Assembly: GCA_964519305.1 (NCBI GenBank)
Contig: CAZFHY010000002.1
Coordinates: 96,001 to 160,000 of the forward strand
Length of the DNA stretch: 64,000 bases
Direction: 5' to 3'
Origin: Candidatus Undinarchaeota archaeon
GTDB taxonomy: Archaea; SpSt-1190; JASMDC01
Below are positions 19,976-30,248 of this stretch, one piece after another. Position 1 is the first letter of the stretch. Each line of letters begins with the position of its first letter. A model generated the notes under the pieces. That model searched no databases. It saw only the letters and a list, made by a program, of their open reading frames with translations, and had not been told where the DNA came from. The translations under genes were made by a program, and so were the position numbers.

Positions 19976-20141
19976 GTAGTACAGGAAGAGGACTGAACCA
20001 TCCCCCAGGCACCGGCTGGTCATCCCGGCCGGGGTCCTCTTCTTTCCTCGTCATTCTTGGAACATTCAAGGAGCCGGATATCGCCTGCGGAACCAAAAGT
20101 GTTTATGGATAACTAGGCTTATCCCGTCCTAGTGAGTAGAC

Positions 20142-21713
20142 TTGGGACCAGAGAATGCCGCATTCTTTGCACGCATCCTCCCTCTGGCAGCAGAGGGTTT
20201 CCTGCTCGTGCTACTCCTTTTCCTAGTGCCGTTCCTCCGACGTGCTTCGCGTTGGATCGACCGACGCGATACATACCTGATGCTCGCCCTGTTGCTGGTT
20301 GCGTTCCACCTTCGTGTAGTGGTCGTACCCCACGAGCTCATCGAGTGGGAGGACGAGTACGTCCATGTGAACGTGGTCAGCAGTGTCTTCCTCAACAACC
20401 GCTGCGAGCAGTGCGTCATAGGTTCTCCTGCAGGCTGCACAGACTACGACCTGTGCAGGTATCCGCCGGGGATGTCCGTGCTAGGTGCATTGTACGCCCG
20501 GTTGTTCGGTTTCTCAGTTGATGGGCTCCTCACCCTTTCCGCCATCCTGGGCTCCCTCTCCGTACCGATGCTCTACCTCTTGGCCCGGGCCGTGGGCGGT
20601 GACCGGAACTCAGCGGTCCTCTCCGGCCTCTTCCTGGCCGTCCTTCCGCTCCATGTGAAGTACGCCACATCGTGGTCGGCCGGTGCGATCTACATGTTCG
20701 CCGTCCTCCTCGCAAGCCTCGCGTTCCTTGCCTGGGACGATCATCGGCGTCCCTCGTCGCTAGCGTTCCTTATGGCGAGCCTCGGTCTTGTCGCCTACAT
20801 TAAGCCTGAGGGTCTAATGGCCGTCGTCCCGTTCGCAGCGGTGACTATATGGCGGGGCCGGCTCCTACTCAGGTCCGGTGAGCGATGGCCGGTGGCAGGA
20901 TACATCCTTCTCTGCTCGCCCCTGGTAGTGAAATCTCTCGTGACCTATAGCCAGTGGCCGGGCTTGGGCATCACCTACTTCCGCACGAATATCGTCCCTT
21001 ATATCGGATTCTGGCTCCAGGCAGAATGGGGGCTCGGCCCGGCCTGGGCCCAGTGTCCCGTGTGGGTCTCGCTCCCGGCCGTCCTGGGTCTCGCACTAGT
21101 TCTCCGCGACCGCCGACAGCGTGAGCGCACCGCACCGTTCCTCATATGGCTGGCCTTGTTCCTTGTGTTCTACTCCTTTGTCGGTACATCGGTCCAAGCC
21201 AGACACACACTGACGTACTCCTATGTCATATGCCTGCTCGCGGGTCTCGGTGCAGGAGCCATGGCCGCTCGTACCGGGAGCGATGCCCGTCGACGACTGG
21301 CGGGCGTCTTCCTGGCGGCCGCGGTATTCGGGCTCGGTGTCCACTCCATATGGACAGGGGGACTTCTGGAGCCCATCGATGTCAGGGACGGGCTGTGGCG
21401 TGAGATCGGTACCGCCAGGGGACGGCTGGAACCCTCCTGCTTCTTCGTCTCAGACGTCCCATATCTCCCGATATCATTCTTCGGTCATGAGGCGATCGAC
21501 ACACAGATCGTAGGTTTCGACGAGAGCGTCTTCACATCGCGCTACAGTTCCCTGGGATGCGCGTACTACCTGCATATGAAGGACGAGGGATTCTATACCG
21601 AGCTCGACAGGGGTATCAGGTCCCGTTACTCGCTCAAACCCGTGTTCACAGGACGAGCGTTCACCGTGCACGCTATGACGCTCCGACCTTCGGGGGGGAT
21701 GCCCAGTGGGTGA
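20142..21713 (+). CDS. GT-C fold membrane glycosyltransferase (PMT/ArnT-like)
   Basis: WEDEYVH acidic first loop, YPPG, ~11 TM helices, IKPE, ARH; start uncertain (TTG). Confidence 0.72.
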   Translation: MGPENAAFFARILPLAAEGFLLVLLLFLVPFLRRASRWIDRRDTYLMLALLLVAFHLRVVVVPHELIEWEDEYVHVNVVSSVFLNNRCEQCVIGSPAGCTDYDLCRYPPGMSVLGALYARLFGFSVDGLLTLSAILGSLSVPMLYLLARAVGGDRNSAVLSGLFLAVLPLHVKYATSWSAGAIYMFAVLLASLAFLAWDDHRRPSSLAFLMASLGLVAYIKPEGLMAVVPFAAVTIWRGRLLLRSGERWPVAGYILLCSPLVVKSLVTYSQWPGLGITYFRTNIVPYIGFWLQAEWGLGPAWAQCPVWVSLPAVLGLALVLRDRRQRERTAPFLIWLALFLVFYSFVGTSVQARHTLTYSYVICLLAGLGAGAMAARTGSDARRRLAGVFLAAAVFGLGVHSIWTGGLLEPIDVRDGLWREIGTARGRLEPSCFFVSDVPYLPISFFGHEAIDTQIVGFDESVFTSRYSSLGCAYYLHMKDEGFYTELDRGIRSRYSLKPVFTGRAFTVHAMTLRPSGGMPSG

Positions 21714-23073
21714 CCGGATCGTGCTAGTTTGCCCGACTCATCAGAACATCGGCTTTACTAATGCCACCCGTCAGTACGCCATAAAGCGCATCCCACCCCT
21801 TGGACTGATGTACCTGTCCTCGACGCTCAGGGCCAAGGGCTACAGGACCAGTCTCCTGGACCTCACCATCGATGCGATACCTCCAGAGCGGTTGTACGAT
21901 GAGGCCGTTGCGGCCGATACGCTCTTTCTGGGTTTCTACTCTACACTCGTCAACGCGCCCGTGGTGCTTGAGTACGTGCGGGCTGTCAAGGACCGTGAAC
22001 CTGATCTGACCGTGGTCGTGGGTGGGCCTTCGTCGATGGAACCGCACCAGTTCCTCGAAGCTGGTGTGGATGTCGTCGTGCAGGGTGAGGGTGAGCGGAC
22101 CGTTGTTGAGCTGGCTGAGGCCATTGCATCAGGGACTGATGTGACGGGAATGAAAGGGACGGCCGTCCTTCGAAAGGGGACGGTCGTGACCGGTCCGCCC
22201 AGGGAGCAGATCGCCGAACTGGACGAGTTGCCATTCCCTGACCGGGCCTTCACGGACCCGGACAACTACTATGACTATTTCAACGTCACCTCCAACCAGC
22301 CATTCACTTCGATCATCTGCTCCCGTGGATGTCCCAATAGATGCGCGTACTGCACTTCCCCCTCTTTCTGGGGCCGGCCCCGTTATCGCAGTGTCGATAA
22401 CGTCCGCGAGGAGATCGTGATGCTTCACGAGACAATGGGCATCAAGTACCTGGACATAGTCGATGACACATTCAACGCCGATCCAGCCTGGCTCGACAGG
22501 TTCCTGGACATGATGATCGGGCTCGACCTGGGTATTGAGTGGAGCTGCAATCTCTTCCCCTTTAAACGGGACCCTCCACTCAAGAAGATGCGTCGGGCGG
22601 GATGCACAACCCTCAAGCTTGGGGTCCAGTCGGCCTGTCCTGAGGTGCTCAAGGAGATCCATCGCTCGCCCGACTCGGCGGAGGCCTGCCAGCGAATCGT
22701 TACACAGGCCAAGGGATTGGGCTATTTAACCTTCCTTGACGTTATATTCGGTCTACCGGGCGAGAGCCCGGCTACCATCGAGCGGAACATGGCCTACACA
22801 TACGACGTGGACGCGACCATCACGAAATACTACCGTCACCTCATGCTCGAGGGCTCCGAACTGAGTACAAGGGCTGTCGGAGGGGAGCTGTGCGATCTCT
22901 CGTCAGAGGAGATCGATGACTTCGTGGACGCTGCATGGCGAACATTCTATCTCCGACCCGGGAAGGTGGCCGAGGTCATGACATGGTTCCTCTCGAGACC
23001 GCGGGCGTACACACGACTTGGTGCCTACCTTGCGGCCTTCAGAGGCCTGGGCCTACTGGGGGTGAAGGAGTAG
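21706..23073 (+). CDS. B12-binding radical SAM protein
   Basis: PPLGLMYL, VVGGP, GEGE, SRGCPNRCAYC, DDTF, GVQS, FGLPGES. Confidence 0.9.
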   Translation: MGDRIVLVCPTHQNIGFTNATRQYAIKRIPPLGLMYLSSTLRAKGYRTSLLDLTIDAIPPERLYDEAVAADTLFLGFYSTLVNAPVVLEYVRAVKDREPDLTVVVGGPSSMEPHQFLEAGVDVVVQGEGERTVVELAEAIASGTDVTGMKGTAVLRKGTVVTGPPREQIAELDELPFPDRAFTDPDNYYDYFNVTSNQPFTSIICSRGCPNRCAYCTSPSFWGRPRYRSVDNVREEIVMLHETMGIKYLDIVDDTFNADPAWLDRFLDMMIGLDLGIEWSCNLFPFKRDPPLKKMRRAGCTTLKLGVQSACPEVLKEIHRSPDSAEACQRIVTQAKGLGYLTFLDVIFGLPGESPATIERNMAYTYDVDATITKYYRHLMLEGSELSTRAVGGELCDLSSEEIDDFVDAAWRTFYLRPGKVAEVMTWFLSRPRAYTRLGAYLAAFRGLGLLGVKE

Positions 23074-23799
23074 ATGGAGAGGGTCGGTATCGTTATCCCC
23101 ATGTACAACGAGGAGGAGAACGTCGAGACCATCCTCACCTCCTTGGTGCGCGTCCTGGAAGCGGAGGGATTGGAGGCCGTGGTCCTCGTAGTGGACGATG
23201 GTTCCACGGACACTACACCCCGCCTCCTTGAAGCATCAGTGGCCGAGCACTCCTATATTCGTGTGCTCACACACGATGTGAACCGTGGTCTGGGTGTGGC
23301 CATCACTGACGGTGCCAAGGCATTGAAGGACGAGGTGGACGTCATCGTCTTCATGGACGGCGACCTGACCCACGATCCGCTCGAGCTCACGCGATTGCTT
23401 GCGGCGGTGGAGACCGCGGACCTCGTGATCGGTTCAAGGTTCGCACCGGGCGGTTCTGTCGTTGGCGTCCCTGCGTTCCGGCGAGCGCTCTCATGGATAT
23501 CTAATCCTCTGTTCAGGCTCCTGCTAGGGATCCCGGTATCCGACGTGACATCGGGCTACCGGGCGGTGCGCAGCGATGTATGGCGAACGATAGATCCGTC
23601 CAGCACGGGCTTCACAATCCAGGTGGAGACCGCGTCCCAAGCCCGTAACGCGGGATTCCGGTTGGCCGAGGTCCCGATAACCCTTACCTTCCGTGAGCGG
23701 GGTAGCTCCAAGTTCCACCTCGGCCCGAGCATGATAATCGGATATCTCTCGATGCTAGCTCGACTGGTTGTCGGCCGGTTCGGAGGGGGCCGACGATGA
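23074..23799 (+). CDS. GT2 glycosyltransferase (polyprenol-phosphate mannose synthase / ArnC-like)
   Basis: VIPMYNE, VVDDGSTD, NRGLG, MDGDLTH, GSRF, DVTSGYR. Confidence 0.9.
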   Translation: MERVGIVIPMYNEEENVETILTSLVRVLEAEGLEAVVLVVDDGSTDTTPRLLEASVAEHSYIRVLTHDVNRGLGVAITDGAKALKDEVDVIVFMDGDLTHDPLELTRLLAAVETADLVIGSRFAPGGSVVGVPAFRRALSWISNPLFRLLLGIPVSDVTSGYRAVRSDVWRTIDPSSTGFTIQVETASQARNAGFRLAEVPITLTFRERGSSKFHLGPSMIIGYLSMLARLVVGRFGGGRR

Positions 23800-24638
23800 C
23801 TAGCTCACCGCGTGCTGTAGTGAGCTTCGACCTCGACGGCGCGAGCCCGCGGTTGCTGACCGAAATGGGTATCATCCCCACACCGTCCGATGCGGCCGAT
23901 CCCGTGCTTGTCGAGGCCGTTCCGCGCATATTGGAATTGTGTGAGCGAGTGGATTGCCGGGCCACGCTCTTCGTGGTGGGGCGCACGCTCAGAGGTATCG
24001 ACCGAGAGGTGTTCGACGGTATTGACCGACATGAGCTGGGGAACCACACGCATACACATCCTGATCGGTTCGGGACGCTCCCACCGGCACGTATCCGTGA
24101 AGAGGTGCACAGAGCCCACGAGACCATCCGTGACCATCTGGGTTCTGAGCCGGTGGGCTTCCGAGCACCGGACTACAGCTACTCGCCACGGTCCCTTGCG
24201 GTACTAGCCGAGCAAGGCTATATCTACGACTCATCTCTCCTCAGGTGCGCGCTCCCACCTTACGTGTCCCGCGAGGGTGTAAACCGGGGCGGTGCTCCAT
24301 TCGTCCAGGGAGGGATCGTGGAGTTACCTGTCCTGAGCTCGGGATTCCCCTGGTTGCCGGTGAACGGCACGACTATGCTCGCTTTCGGCCTTGAATGGTA
24401 CAAGAACCAACTGGCTCGCAGGGCCGAGGACGATGTGCCCTTGGTGGTCAACTTCCACGCCCGGGACCTTGTTAATGGAGTTTCACAGCGCATCATAAAG
24501 CAGCGGTTCCACGTCACGCCCCGGGAGAACTCCGTGAGCGCCGTTGAGGAGGCCGTGGAATACCTGGCCACTACTTACGATGTAGTTACGCTGCGGGAAC
24601 TGGCCGACGAGCTGACATTGCACAAGACGGACAAGTGA
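23796..24638 (+). CDS. Polysaccharide deacetylase (NodB/CE4, ArnD-like)
   Basis: SFDLD, ATLFVVG, HELGNHTHTH, GFRAP, YDSS, NFH. Confidence 0.88.
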   Translation: MTSSPRAVVSFDLDGASPRLLTEMGIIPTPSDAADPVLVEAVPRILELCERVDCRATLFVVGRTLRGIDREVFDGIDRHELGNHTHTHPDRFGTLPPARIREEVHRAHETIRDHLGSEPVGFRAPDYSYSPRSLAVLAEQGYIYDSSLLRCALPPYVSREGVNRGGAPFVQGGIVELPVLSSGFPWLPVNGTTMLAFGLEWYKNQLARRAEDDVPLVVNFHARDLVNGVSQRIIKQRFHVTPRENSVSAVEEAVEYLATTYDVVTLRELADELTLHKTDK

Positions 24639-24647
24639 GCGCCCAGA

Positions 24648-26351
24648 TCACGCTCGCTCTACGAGAATGTCCCCGATGACGACAGCATCGAGCCCGCCCT
24701 CGAGGAGGTCGGTGACAGCATGTTCTGCGGTGTGGACGATGGCCTCGCCGCTACGGTTGAAGGATGTGTTGAGCACGACCGGAACACCAGTTTCTTTAGC
24801 GAAGGCTTCGATGAGTTGTTGGTATGGTGGATTCACGCCCTTGGCGAGCACTTGGGGTCGGCATGTACCGTCAACGTGCACCACGGCCGGAGTCTCTTTC
24901 TTCGAACGTTCCGTGGCAGGAAGGGCCAGTGTCATGAACGGTGCCCTGAGGCCTTTTGGATTGACGATATAATCATCGGCAGCGCTCTCCAGCACGGTCT
25001 GACAGAACGGTTGGTAAGGGGGTCGTTTCTTGATGGTGGCCCTGATCAGGTCTGGTGAGTCCGGATTGGTCGGGTCGGCAAGAACTGAACGGTTCCCAAG
25101 GGCACGTGGTCCGTACTCCATTTTCCCCCAGTATACTCCGACCAGCTTACCTGCCGGGAGCAGCTCGGAACCGACCAGGCCGGTGATATCAGCATGCTCG
25201 GTCACCGTGATCTTATCTCCGAAGGTCCGCTCCAGTTCGGCGGCACGTGGCCGTTCGGCCTCAGGTCCAAGGAACGGATGCTCCATCCTGTCACGTCTGA
25301 GACGGCCTGAACCGGCGAACGCTAGGAGGGCAGCGCCCATGGCGCATCCACCGTCACCGGGATCAGGATGCACGAAGACGTCCTCCACACAATCGAGCTG
25401 TGATACAAGACCGTTGAGCTTGACATTGAGGAAGAGACCGCCCGAGAGGACGACCTTGTGAAGTCCGGTGGCGTCCACTGCGTTCTGGACCAGTTCGCAC
25501 ACGACCTCCTCCACCACGGTCTGGGCCGAGCAGGCCAGATCGCGTTTCTTCCCCTCGCCCAATGCACGAGAATAGGAGAGTGTGCTCAACCGCCGTAGGC
25601 GGGTTCCGTCACCGCTGAGTTCGATGCCGTCAACCTCGAATAGATTGTGGAGCATACCGTAGTCCATCGGCTCACCGTAAGCGGCCAAGGCCATGGTCTT
25701 CCCCTCATCGAATCCGAACCGCAGTCCGAGGAGCTCGGTGATGCAACCATAGAAATATCCTAGTGATGCCGATACAGGGAACCGCGAGAGGCGTTCGATG
25801 TCCCGCTCCATACATGCGAACACTCCGCCAGAGGCACCATCGCCGTAAGCGTCGATAATAATCGCGACAGAACTGTCGAAACCGCTGGTGTAGTGTCCTG
25901 CTGCTGCATGGGCGAGGTGGTGGTTCTCATGTTCGATGGTGGCGTTCACCAAATCCATGGATCGGACCTTCCGGGCGAAGAGGCGATGTGATGCCGTCGT
26001 GTCGATGAATCTGAGCGGGGAGTTGAGCACCGACCATCGATAGGCCTCGAATCCGGCCACGACGAACTGTTCGAGCGGTCGGCCGATGATCGGAGCGGGG
26101 GGCATGTTCAGTCTATCGAAAACTAGCCTTGATGCCATATCGAGGCCGCTGAAGCCGGCCTTGACCACATCCACCTCACCAGGCTCTGTCCCTGTCGAGC
26201 GGAGCACCTCGGATATAGCAAGGCGTGGGAATCCGCCGCACTTCTTGATCCGGCACAACCTCTCCTCCGCCACGCAGGCTAGGACCTCACCGTCCTCAAC
26301 GAGACACGCAGCGCTGTTCTGAGGAGCGTCAACGATCCCGAGCGCTTTCAT
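24648..26351 (-). CDS. Carbamoyltransferase (NodU/CmcH family)
   Basis: AEERL, HHLAHA, DAYGD, EGKTMALAAYG, GGLFLNVKLN, EYGPRALGNRS, HVDGTCRPQ, LNTSFN. Confidence 0.92.
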   Translation of the reverse strand: MKALGIVDAPQNSAACLVEDGEVLACVAEERLCRIKKCGGFPRLAISEVLRSTGTEPGEVDVVKAGFSGLDMASRLVFDRLNMPPAPIIGRPLEQFVVAGFEAYRWSVLNSPLRFIDTTASHRLFARKVRSMDLVNATIEHENHHLAHAAAGHYTSGFDSSVAIIIDAYGDGASGGVFACMERDIERLSRFPVSASLGYFYGCITELLGLRFGFDEGKTMALAAYGEPMDYGMLHNLFEVDGIELSGDGTRLRRLSTLSYSRALGEGKKRDLACSAQTVVEEVVCELVQNAVDATGLHKVVLSGGLFLNVKLNGLVSQLDCVEDVFVHPDPGDGGCAMGAALLAFAGSGRLRRDRMEHPFLGPEAERPRAAELERTFGDKITVTEHADITGLVGSELLPAGKLVGVYWGKMEYGPRALGNRSVLADPTNPDSPDLIRATIKKRPPYQPFCQTVLESAADDYIVNPKGLRAPFMTLALPATERSKKETPAVVHVDGTCRPQVLAKGVNPPYQQLIEAFAKETGVPVVLNTSFNRSGEAIVHTAEHAVTDLLEGGLDAVVIGDILVERA

Positions 26352-26431
26352 GTCGGCACAACTCCGCGCTCTATGCTCAGCTCCACGGACGGTCGTGTCG
26401 GGAGAAGATATAAATCGTTTTCAGTGGTGTC

Positions 26432-27844
26432 GTGGTCGTGGGATTCTCCTTCGTCGCCCTGGTCAATCCTCCATCACCGGGTCAGGACGTCTTCGCCCGG
26501 GAGGGACGGTGCCAGGAACGTCTGGGAGGTAAGCTCGCCGCCTACCCTCCGCTCTCCTTGGCGACCACCGCCTCGGTGCTCCGTGCGCATGGTGTGACCT
26601 GTGGTACCTTCGACCTTGAGGCCGAGCGGGGATTGGCCGGTCCGTTAGAGGCGGCACTGGCCAGTGCGGATGGTCCCCTTGTGGTCCTGAACACTACGAC
26701 TCCCACGCTGGGAGCGGACATGACCTTTGCTCAGGGTCTCCGGGAACGACATCCAGGGACAGTCCTTTCCGCCATAGGCGTACATGTGACCGCGCTTCCT
26801 TCGGCCACGCTCCGTGCATTCCCTCACCTGGAGCATGTCGTCGTGGGCGAGCCGGAGATGACCGTGCTGGCACTTGCCCGGACGCGGAGGGGCGCTAGAC
26901 TTCCGGGGACCGTGTCCAGGGGGGCTGGAGAGAAAATGGTGGACGGCGGTCGACGACCGTTCATCGACGAGCTCGACGCCATGCCATTTCCCGACTGGGG
27001 TGGCCTTCCCCGAAGCAGGTACGTGCTACCGCTGTTCAGCGAGCCCTATCTCATGGTCCAGACATCGAGGGGCTGCCCTCACAGATGCACCTTCTGCGTC
27101 TCGCATCTGTGGTACGGACGACGACCCCGTCTCCGTTCCCCAACCTCCATCCTCGATGAGATCGAGCGGGACGTGGACCTGTTCGGCACCCGGTTGATCT
27201 ACTTGTTCGGTGACACCGTCACCCTTCAGCGGGACCAGATGCTAGGGATATGCAGAGGTATGATCGAGCGGAATATCGACGTGCGCTGGCTCTGTAATTC
27301 ACGGGTCGACGCTGTGGACGCCGAGCTCCTTGATGCCATGTCGACGGCCGGATGCGCGGCAATATCCTATGGAATCGAGTCAGCAGATCCGGACATCCTG
27401 AACGCAGTCCGTAAGGGGACCACGCCCGAGCAGACAGAAGAAGCGGTGACACTCACCCGGGACAGCGGTATCCTCACGATCGGATTCTTCGTACTGGGAT
27501 TGCCCGGAGAGACGAGCGACACCATCGACCGCACGATCGATTTCGCCCGAGACCTGCCCTTGGACCTTGCCGAGTTCTATCCGGCCGTACCCTACCCCGG
27601 TACAGAGCTTGAACGTCAGCTGCTTGGAGGTCCTCAAGAGGAGGAGGATTGGGCGGGATACGAGTACGGTACGCCCTTAGCGACGAACGATGGGATGGAT
27701 CCCGAGGTGCTCACCGCAGCGTGCAAGCGTGCCTACCGGCGGTTCTACTCCCGGCCCGAACGTATCGGTCGGCTCGCGGCGAGGGTCAACGGTCCAGGGA
27801 TCGTGGCAGCAGGAGCACGGTTCGTGCACCAGCGTTTCCTTTGA
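26432..27844 (+). CDS. B12-binding radical SAM protein
   Basis: YPPLSLA, GEPE, TSRGCPHRCTFC, YGIES, GLPGET, PYPGT. Confidence 0.9.
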   Translation: MVVGFSFVALVNPPSPGQDVFAREGRCQERLGGKLAAYPPLSLATTASVLRAHGVTCGTFDLEAERGLAGPLEAALASADGPLVVLNTTTPTLGADMTFAQGLRERHPGTVLSAIGVHVTALPSATLRAFPHLEHVVVGEPEMTVLALARTRRGARLPGTVSRGAGEKMVDGGRRPFIDELDAMPFPDWGGLPRSRYVLPLFSEPYLMVQTSRGCPHRCTFCVSHLWYGRRPRLRSPTSILDEIERDVDLFGTRLIYLFGDTVTLQRDQMLGICRGMIERNIDVRWLCNSRVDAVDAELLDAMSTAGCAAISYGIESADPDILNAVRKGTTPEQTEEAVTLTRDSGILTIGFFVLGLPGETSDTIDRTIDFARDLPLDLAEFYPAVPYPGTELERQLLGGPQEEEDWAGYEYGTPLATNDGMDPEVLTAACKRAYRRFYSRPERIGRLAARVNGPGIVAAGARFVHQRFL

Positions 27845-27853
27845 TCCGGCTGA

Positions 27854-29428
27854 TCACGCGTCGGGTACCATATCGAAATAATTACCGAACCGGCTATCCA
27901 CAAGTGACTGGCGGATGGACGTGGGCGTCATGACATCGGGCACCTTCAGTTCCCGTGCACCCATGTCCAGGCACGCCATCACGAGGTTCGATTGGAGGAG
28001 GAGGTTCGTTGCATACTCGCTCTCGAGCTCTTGGGCAACCTGGGCGTTCCTGCGGGCCTTGTCCGAGCCGATGAGGAATATCCGTTCGCCGTCCACCTGC
28101 ATGACACCGTTTGCATCGTGGTATCCCGCCGACACGAGGTACTGGTTGCGCACGATGATGTTCACCCTGTCCGCAATCTCCTTGGCCTTGGCGAACTCGT
28201 TGGTGAACTCCTTCAATGCCTCGTCCACATCCATGAGCAGGCGCCCATCAGAAGCGATGAGCTTGTCGTGGACGTCCTTGAGGGCAGTGAACGTGGTCTT
28301 GGGGATAGTGGCCAGGTATTCGTCGAGGTGCTCCATGAACTTGGGATCGTAATCCTGCTGTGCGACACGACACATGGCGGCCATGGCGACTCCCGGGGTG
28401 AATACCGTACCGTCGTGGATGCGGAGGCTACCCTGGAACTGGTACTTCTTGGAGACCATCGCTTTCTCGACGCATACGGGGTACACGACGTAGTCCTTGG
28501 CGAACCGTGAGGAGAACTTGTTGAACTGTGCCAGGAGGAATGCGATACCGTAGCTTTCCAGATCGTTCACGTCCCTGACGAAATACACACCCTTTCCTGA
28601 GCCGTAAAGGAAGTTCTTGACCGTTACCAGTCCCTCGATACGGTCGAGCGCATCAACGAGCTCTCCGTAGTTGAAGGCCGCGTGGAACTCGGTCTGGAGG
28701 AGAGGTAGCCCCTCCTCCTCAGTGTACCGCTCGAGTATGATGCGCTGGACGATCTTGTTGTCCATGATCATGTTCGCAGCAGGCTCCGGGAACACATGAG
28801 GGATCGAGGGCGGTTCGCCCCCGGTGACGAAAGCGGCCTGGAACCGCTCGCCGTCCAGCACCACGGTATCACCTTCGACGCTCTCCTTCTCCGGCGGATG
28901 GACCCGGACCGTGGATTGCATACCGAGCTCACGTGCTGCACGGGCAATGTCTATGCTCTCCTTGAGCAATGCGTCACCCTTGCGGGGCATGACGAGCACT
29001 GACTCGAGGCCCCCGTGCATCTGTGAGAAGGAAAGGAGCATTGCCTTGTAGATGTCCTGGTAGAGGGAAGGTGGGATGGCAGCGAAACCCTGCCCCTGTT
29101 GATTGGATTCCAGGTAGGCCCACGTCCCATCATCTAGGGGAAAATTGTCGATGCGCAGGAATGGGATGCGCTCGAAGGGGGAAATACCCGCCTTCACCAG
29201 CTCGAAAGCCGAGCCTTTGAACTGGCCGTAATAATCCGCGAAAGCCGAGAACGTGGATGATCCCTCGAAGGCCGCGGACGCCTGACGGGCGGCATCGATA
29301 GCTATGGACCTGTTACGTGGGATGAACGAGTCCATCTCGGAAGGGTGGAGAGCTTCTGCCATACCGTTGAATGTCGATGTGAGGTGAGCGTCCTGACTGC
29401 ACAGACGTTCCGCCGCGTCGAAGTCCAT
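27854..29428 (-). CDS. Putative ATP-grasp ligase (glutathione/glutathionylspermidine synthase-like, permuted)
   Basis: RIDNF...YLESN, DNK, VKNFLYGSGKGVYF, VEK; start moved to ATG 29428 because the upstream extension overlaps the nitroreductase. Confidence 0.55.
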   Translation of the reverse strand: MDFDAAERLCSQDAHLTSTFNGMAEALHPSEMDSFIPRNRSIAIDAARQASAAFEGSSTFSAFADYYGQFKGSAFELVKAGISPFERIPFLRIDNFPLDDGTWAYLESNQQGQGFAAIPPSLYQDIYKAMLLSFSQMHGGLESVLVMPRKGDALLKESIDIARAARELGMQSTVRVHPPEKESVEGDTVVLDGERFQAAFVTGGEPPSIPHVFPEPAANMIMDNKIVQRIILERYTEEEGLPLLQTEFHAAFNYGELVDALDRIEGLVTVKNFLYGSGKGVYFVRDVNDLESYGIAFLLAQFNKFSSRFAKDYVVYPVCVEKAMVSKKYQFQGSLRIHDGTVFTPGVAMAAMCRVAQQDYDPKFMEHLDEYLATIPKTTFTALKDVHDKLIASDGRLLMDVDEALKEFTNEFAKAKEIADRVNIIVRNQYLVSAGYHDANGVMQVDGERIFLIGSDKARRNAQVAQELESEYATNLLLQSNLVMACLDMGARELKVPDVMTPTSIRQSLVDSRFGNYFDMVPDA

Positions 29429-29477
29429 AGGAAAAGCACTAGCAATAAGAAATAAATAACCGCGCCTACCGCCGCGG

Positions 29478-30197
29478 TCAGCCGAACAGACGTAATAGGG
29501 GATTTCCCTTCTTTCGTCGCTTCTTCCGTTTCGGCGGAGGCTCGATGTCGAGGTCACTGTCGATATCGATGGCAGCTTCCTTGGACCGTTCCTCGTCGAG
29601 GATGTCCTTGCGCACATCCTCCTCGACCACACGGTGGACGTCGTACCGTCCTGTACCCTTGACGGGCTCCATATGACCGTACCTGTCATGGTGGACCATG
29701 TGGGATAGGTCGACCCGGGGGGGGGCCTTTGGTTGTTCGTCAGGCCATCCGATAGGGATGATACCTACCGGTACTACCGACTCAGGAAGTTCGAGGATAT
29801 TACGCACTGCGTCCTCATGGAACGCACCGACCCAGCACGAGCCCAGACCCAGAGCATGCGCTGCAATGAGCATGTTCTGGACCGAAGCGGCGGTCTCGGC
29901 CAATGAGTATAGATGCTTGCCACGCATTCCAAAGCGGAGAGCACTGCGCTCGGTGTCCGCGCACACCACCACCATAACCGGTGCATCGGTGATGTAGTCC
30001 TGGTTGAGAGCAGCGGACGCCAAAGCCTCCTGGACGGACTTGTCCTCAACGATGATGAACTCCCAAGGCTGAAGGTTGCCCGCTGAGGGCGCCCACCGGG
30101 CCATGTCGAGAATAGTGATGAGGAGCTCATGGTTGACCTGCTTGCGCTTGAATTTCCGCACGCTCCGTCGCTCCTTGATGGCCCGCAGTACCTCCAT
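29478..30197 (-). CDS. Nitroreductase family protein
   Basis: RRSVRKF, APSAGNLQPWEF, AHALGLGSCWVG; basic C-terminal tail. Confidence 0.9.
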   Translation of the reverse strand: MEVLRAIKERRSVRKFKRKQVNHELLITILDMARWAPSAGNLQPWEFIIVEDKSVQEALASAALNQDYITDAPVMVVVCADTERSALRFGMRGKHLYSLAETAASVQNMLIAAHALGLGSCWVGAFHEDAVRNILELPESVVPVGIIPIGWPDEQPKAPPRVDLSHMVHHDRYGHMEPVKGTGRYDVHRVVEEDVRKDILDEERSKEAAIDIDSDLDIEPPPKRKKRRKKGNPLLRLFG

Positions 30198-30248
30198 GGC
30201 CGGCCCTACCCGCTCCACTTTTATATCTTTGACGGTCGCTCCCAGAGT

